Assembly (NCBI GenBank): GCA_047946875.1
Contig: CP181398.1
Location: 574,514 to 638,513, forward strand
Direction: 5' to 3'
Source: Candidatus Kerfeldbacteria bacterium
GTDB lineage: Bacteria > Patescibacteriota > Patescibacteriia > UBA10025 > JAHIVO01
Length of the DNA: 64,000 nt
The notes beneath the pieces are model-generated. The model worked only from the letters and a program-made list of their open reading frames with translations, ran no database searches and had not been told where the DNA came from. The position numbers and the translations under genes were made by a program. Position 1 is the stretch's first letter. Each line of letters starts with the position of its first letter. Positions 61,056 to 64,000 of this stretch are shown piece after piece.

Positions 61056-61787
61056 CTAAATATCTCCAATGGATTTTGCCGGGCTTGAAGACACAACATT
61101 GAAAATATCCACTCCTGCTCTAAATTTAACTCCGAATCTACCCTTGAATAAAACATTATCAGGCACACTTCTGGGCAATAATTCACCCAAATAGCATAGT
61201 TGCTGATACCTAGGAGATCCTTCGCAATCAAGAGTAGAACTACGTATTAGTTTTTGAATAGATTTTTCGGTCTGGTCATGAAACACCTGATAATATTCTC
61301 CAAATTTCCGATGAAATTCGTAGATATCACCTTTGTAGGTGTACCCTACCCAAATACTATCAATAGTCACCACTCCGTCCATTGTGTAGGTAAACGCTTC
61401 TTCCTGAAATGGATTGAAATAACTCATTCCATCTACGACTCTCATTTCGGACCTAACAGATAAATCTTCTGGCAAGATGATTGTTTGACGAATCTCATTC
61501 TGACTGAGAAAAAACATCGAAGCGACGCATATCAAGAAGAATAAGGGTCTCAACGCAAGATTGTTGATCTTAATACCCAACAACCTTTTGTGATTTGGCA
61601 TCTTTAAATAAATAAATACTGCTGGGGCCAAGGTAAAAATTGCTCCCAACATAATCCATATACCCATAATATCCTCAGGATATTTCGGACTCAAAAACCT
61701 TGATACCATCAAAACTATCGATGCCAGCAGAAAAAATTTACCCAGATTGGCCAACTTTTTTGCTGTTTTAATTTCATGATCTTCCAT
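61056..61787 (-). CDS. Hypothetical membrane protein (3 TM plus soluble domain)
   Basis: ORF track; paralog of 62008-62718 (VV.G...F, Y.Y.G....FH, IR.ST, Q.CYL, P....F.G). Confidence 0.75.
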   Translation of the reverse strand: MEDHEIKTAKKLANLGKFFLLASIVLMVSRFLSPKYPEDIMGIWIMLGAIFTLAPAVFIYLKMPNHKRLLGIKINNLALRPLFFLICVASMFFLSQNEIRQTIILPEDLSVRSEMRVVDGMSYFNPFQEEAFTYTMDGVVTIDSIWVGYTYKGDIYEFHRKFGEYYQVFHDQTEKSIQKLIRSSTLDCEGSPRYQQLCYLGELLPRSVPDNVLFKGRFGVKFRAGVDIFNVVSSSPAKSIGDI

Positions 61788-61919
61788 TATCAGTTCTCCT
61801 CTGTAAAATTTAAAAGGACGTTTAGCATTTTAAAAAACTTTAACATACCAAAAAAGGCATGTCAATGCAATAATTAACTTAATCAAATATCTTTTATAAT
61901 AAATCTAGATATTGTTTAA

Positions 61920-61997
61920 TAGTTTAATAACTATACATTATTTTAAATAATTTGTCATAATAAAAAAATCCGTTCATTATAGTATTAATGAACGGAA
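61920..61997. repeat. 78-bp direct repeat, copy 2
   Basis: Matches 60970-61047. Confidence 0.9.
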
Positions 61998-62007
61998 ATT
62001 TAACTTA

Positions 62008-62718
62008 TTACTTACCGACAATTTCTGAAATAAAGGTACGACTTGAAAGTGATAACTTTCCCGAAAACTTTATATGATCAGGTAAATCTGAGCCGGACAG
62101 TACTCCCGTTAAATAGCAAATTTGATCAGTTCTATACTGTCCACTATATAATATTGTCGATTCCCTTATTATATTAGTAAACAAAGATTCAGCAACCAAC
62201 TTAAATTGATCTTTCTGATCATGATACTGCTTATGATATTGAATAGCATTTCCATCGTAATAATATTCTATTAGGAACCCGTCCATAATAGGAGTATTTC
62301 GAACTAGCCAATACCTAGTCGCTGAGTAGTTAATATAATCAAAAGATGTTAATCCTTCAACAACTTGAGCTTTTTCCGGGTTATCATTCTCAAACATTAC
62401 TACTGTAGTATAACTATTCAACGATGGACTCACAAAAATCATTGAACCTATTGCCAAGAGGCATAACAATGGACATAAAATTCCACCAATAGTGATCGAG
62501 TATGATAATGGTTTTTTTGAAAACCATCCTAGCACTACTCCAAAGACAGCTACTATAGCTACCAAAAAAAATGCAACAAACATACAAACCATTATATTAT
62601 CAGCTGGATAACGATCAAGAAAGTTACGGATATAAATAAATATTCCCGCTAGACCATATGTCGACCATCCTATAACTGTTAACAATTTATTATTCTTTTT
62701 CTGCTTTGTCTCTGACAT
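62008..62718 (-). CDS. Hypothetical membrane protein, paralog of 61056-61787
   Basis: Same topology and shared motifs. Confidence 0.75.
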   Translation of the reverse strand: MSETKQKKNNKLLTVIGWSTYGLAGIFIYIRNFLDRYPADNIMVCMFVAFFLVAIVAVFGVVLGWFSKKPLSYSITIGGILCPLLCLLAIGSMIFVSPSLNSYTTVVMFENDNPEKAQVVEGLTSFDYINYSATRYWLVRNTPIMDGFLIEYYYDGNAIQYHKQYHDQKDQFKLVAESLFTNIIRESTILYSGQYRTDQICYLTGVLSGSDLPDHIKFSGKLSLSSRTFISEIVGK

Positions 62719-62850
62719 TTCTGCCTCCTCGTTTTATAAATAAAAGTTAATGTACAATTCAAATATTATAAAAACTTAACATAAATATACTAACTATGTC
62801 AATATTTAGCTAATGTATTAACATTATAATTTAATTATGCCAATAAGTAT

Positions 62851-63360
62851 TTACTTTAGTAATAAATCACTATAAGAAGTCTGTATTTTCTTGAATTTAT
62901 TTAATTCCAAATGATTAATTACCTCTTTATGCTCTATCTTAGCTTTGGATAAATTTAATTTCTCAGTTAAGGTTTCTAGTTCTAAAAAAATACCCAATTT
63001 ACTAACAGTATCTAGATGCACCCTAGTTTGCCTATACATCCAAAGTTCTCGCCTCTTCTTAACAACCACCTTATTCCCATAAGCATTACTTAGTATTTTT
63101 GTAGTTTGGGCACTTTGTTTCTTATCCAAATTCAATATATAGTATTCAGACACTTTGGACTTAGCACTATCTGGTCTTCGGTAATATATTAATTCAAATT
63201 TTTTATTAATAATTTCTCGTAATTTAAGTCGTCCACTTGGACAATTAAAATAAGTATCTACTTGGTTAAGAATAGCTATTTTTTTCGCTTTTATTTTTTT
63301 TAATTGTAAAACTATATCTTTGTGGTTATCTATCTTAACTTTTAGTTCTACATTTTTCAT
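62851..63360 (-). CDS. CYTH-domain protein (class IV adenylate cyclase-like)
   Basis: ELK, QVDTYF....GRLKLRE, VKKRR, HLD.V..LG.FLELE, SYSDLL. Confidence 0.9.
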   Translation of the reverse strand: MKNVELKVKIDNHKDIVLQLKKIKAKKIAILNQVDTYFNCPSGRLKLREIINKKFELIYYRRPDSAKSKVSEYYILNLDKKQSAQTTKILSNAYGNKVVVKKRRELWMYRQTRVHLDTVSKLGIFLELETLTEKLNLSKAKIEHKEVINHLELNKFKKIQTSYSDLLLK

Positions 63361-63363
63361 ATT

Positions 63364-63786
63364 TTATTTTCCGCTAGATAAAAATCCTGCTTCGCCACGC
63401 TCTGTATCTCCTAATTCATCAACAACTTCAAATTCAGTAGCTTCAAATTTTTGAATCAACATCTGAGCAATCTTATCACCTATTTTGAACTCATAGTCTT
63501 TATCCGTAGTGTTTAACAACAATATACCAATTTCACCACGATAATTACTGTCTATTACTCCCGCCATAGAATGTATACCAAACTTTGTAGCCATCCCGCT
63601 ACGATCCCAAATCAAAGCTACCATATCAGATGGTATCTCAATAGCAAAACCTAATTTAAACAAATGTCTTTCACCCGGTTTCAAAACCACGCTCTCTCGA
63701 GAATACAAATCAAGTCCAGCATCACCTAATCTACCATGGGCCGGTACTTTAACATCTTTTGCCAATAATTTGATCTTGGCTTTCAT
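63364..63786 (-). CDS. dut: dUTP diphosphatase
   Basis: AGLDL, DRSG, GVIDSNYRGE, AQ, RG..GF.SSG. Confidence 0.96.
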   Translation of the reverse strand: MKAKIKLLAKDVKVPAHGRLGDAGLDLYSRESVVLKPGERHLFKLGFAIEIPSDMVALIWDRSGMATKFGIHSMAGVIDSNYRGEIGILLLNTTDKDYEFKIGDKIAQMLIQKFEATEFEVVDELGDTERGEAGFLSSGK

Positions 63787-63789
63787 ATT

Positions 63790-64000
63790 TTATTCTTTAT
63801 TCCAATCTGATTTATATTGCTTATACTTAACACCTGCTAAATCTAACATCTTGCGTGACGCAATCCAAATATCTTCATCATGATACTTATCACTCTCAAA
63901 AATAACTTCTTTTATACCTTTTTGTATTATTGCTTTACTACATTCGTTACACGGAAAAAGAGTACAATAAAGTTTGCTACCTTTTGTATCAGCATTTGTA
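63790..64000 (-). CDS. dCMP deaminase (5' part outside window)
   Basis: Manual translation ...GSKLYCTLFPCNECSKAIIQKGIKEVIFESDKYHD...ASRKMLDLAGV. Confidence 0.9.
   Translation of the reverse strand, partial: TNADTKGSKLYCTLFPCNECSKAIIQKGIKEVIFESDKYHDEDIWIASRKMLDLAGVKYKQYKSDWNKE

Noticed and set aside
414-61463. Many short ORF-track entries antisense to or overlapping long genes (e.g. 1114-1353, 13559-14262, 23994-24233, 55022-55426, 60974-61231)
   Set aside because: Shadow ORFs of real genes or tRNAs with no recognisable motifs.
1-64000. Alternative genetic code (UGA recoding)
   Set aside because: Core genes are full length under code 11, and TGA ends tsf and the TPR gene normally.

Overview
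AT-rich bacterial chromosome segment using genetic code 11. Gene content and style (SD-less core genes, short EF-Ts, DUF3048 pair, baseplate-J-like protein, FG-GAP and N-rich surface proteins) suggest a Patescibacteria/CPR genome; this is inference, not a database result. The right two-thirds is mostly housekeeping: tRNA-Thr/Tyr/Thr/Trp, rpmG, tsf, rpsB, rpmE, prfA, prmC, rplY, rodA, dnaE, thrS with a T-box, miaB, miaA, gatB, tmk, folA, thyA, dut. Three unexplained layers stand out. (1) A ~19.5 kb integrase-free array of co-oriented accessory gene cassettes lies directly 3' of tRNA-Trp. Its junctions repeat the tRNA 3' end (CCCGCCA), a terminator hairpin and an extended -10, and they decay with distance from the tRNA. 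(2) About ten scattered foreign-looking genes (purL, a porin-like beta-barrel, hflKC, an RsbW-like protein, pyrD, a short SigA-type sigma factor, membrane orphans) share one expression architecture that the core genes lack: TTGAC promoter, boxA-like motif, strong Shine-Dalgarno. (3) A ~300 nt highly structured transcript with its own promoter and terminator follows thrS. Also present are REP-like palindromes inserted into tRNA fragments, a GIY-YIG pseudogene that duplicates the tRNA-Tyr 5' end, and a pyrBI-like attenuator upstream of pyrD.
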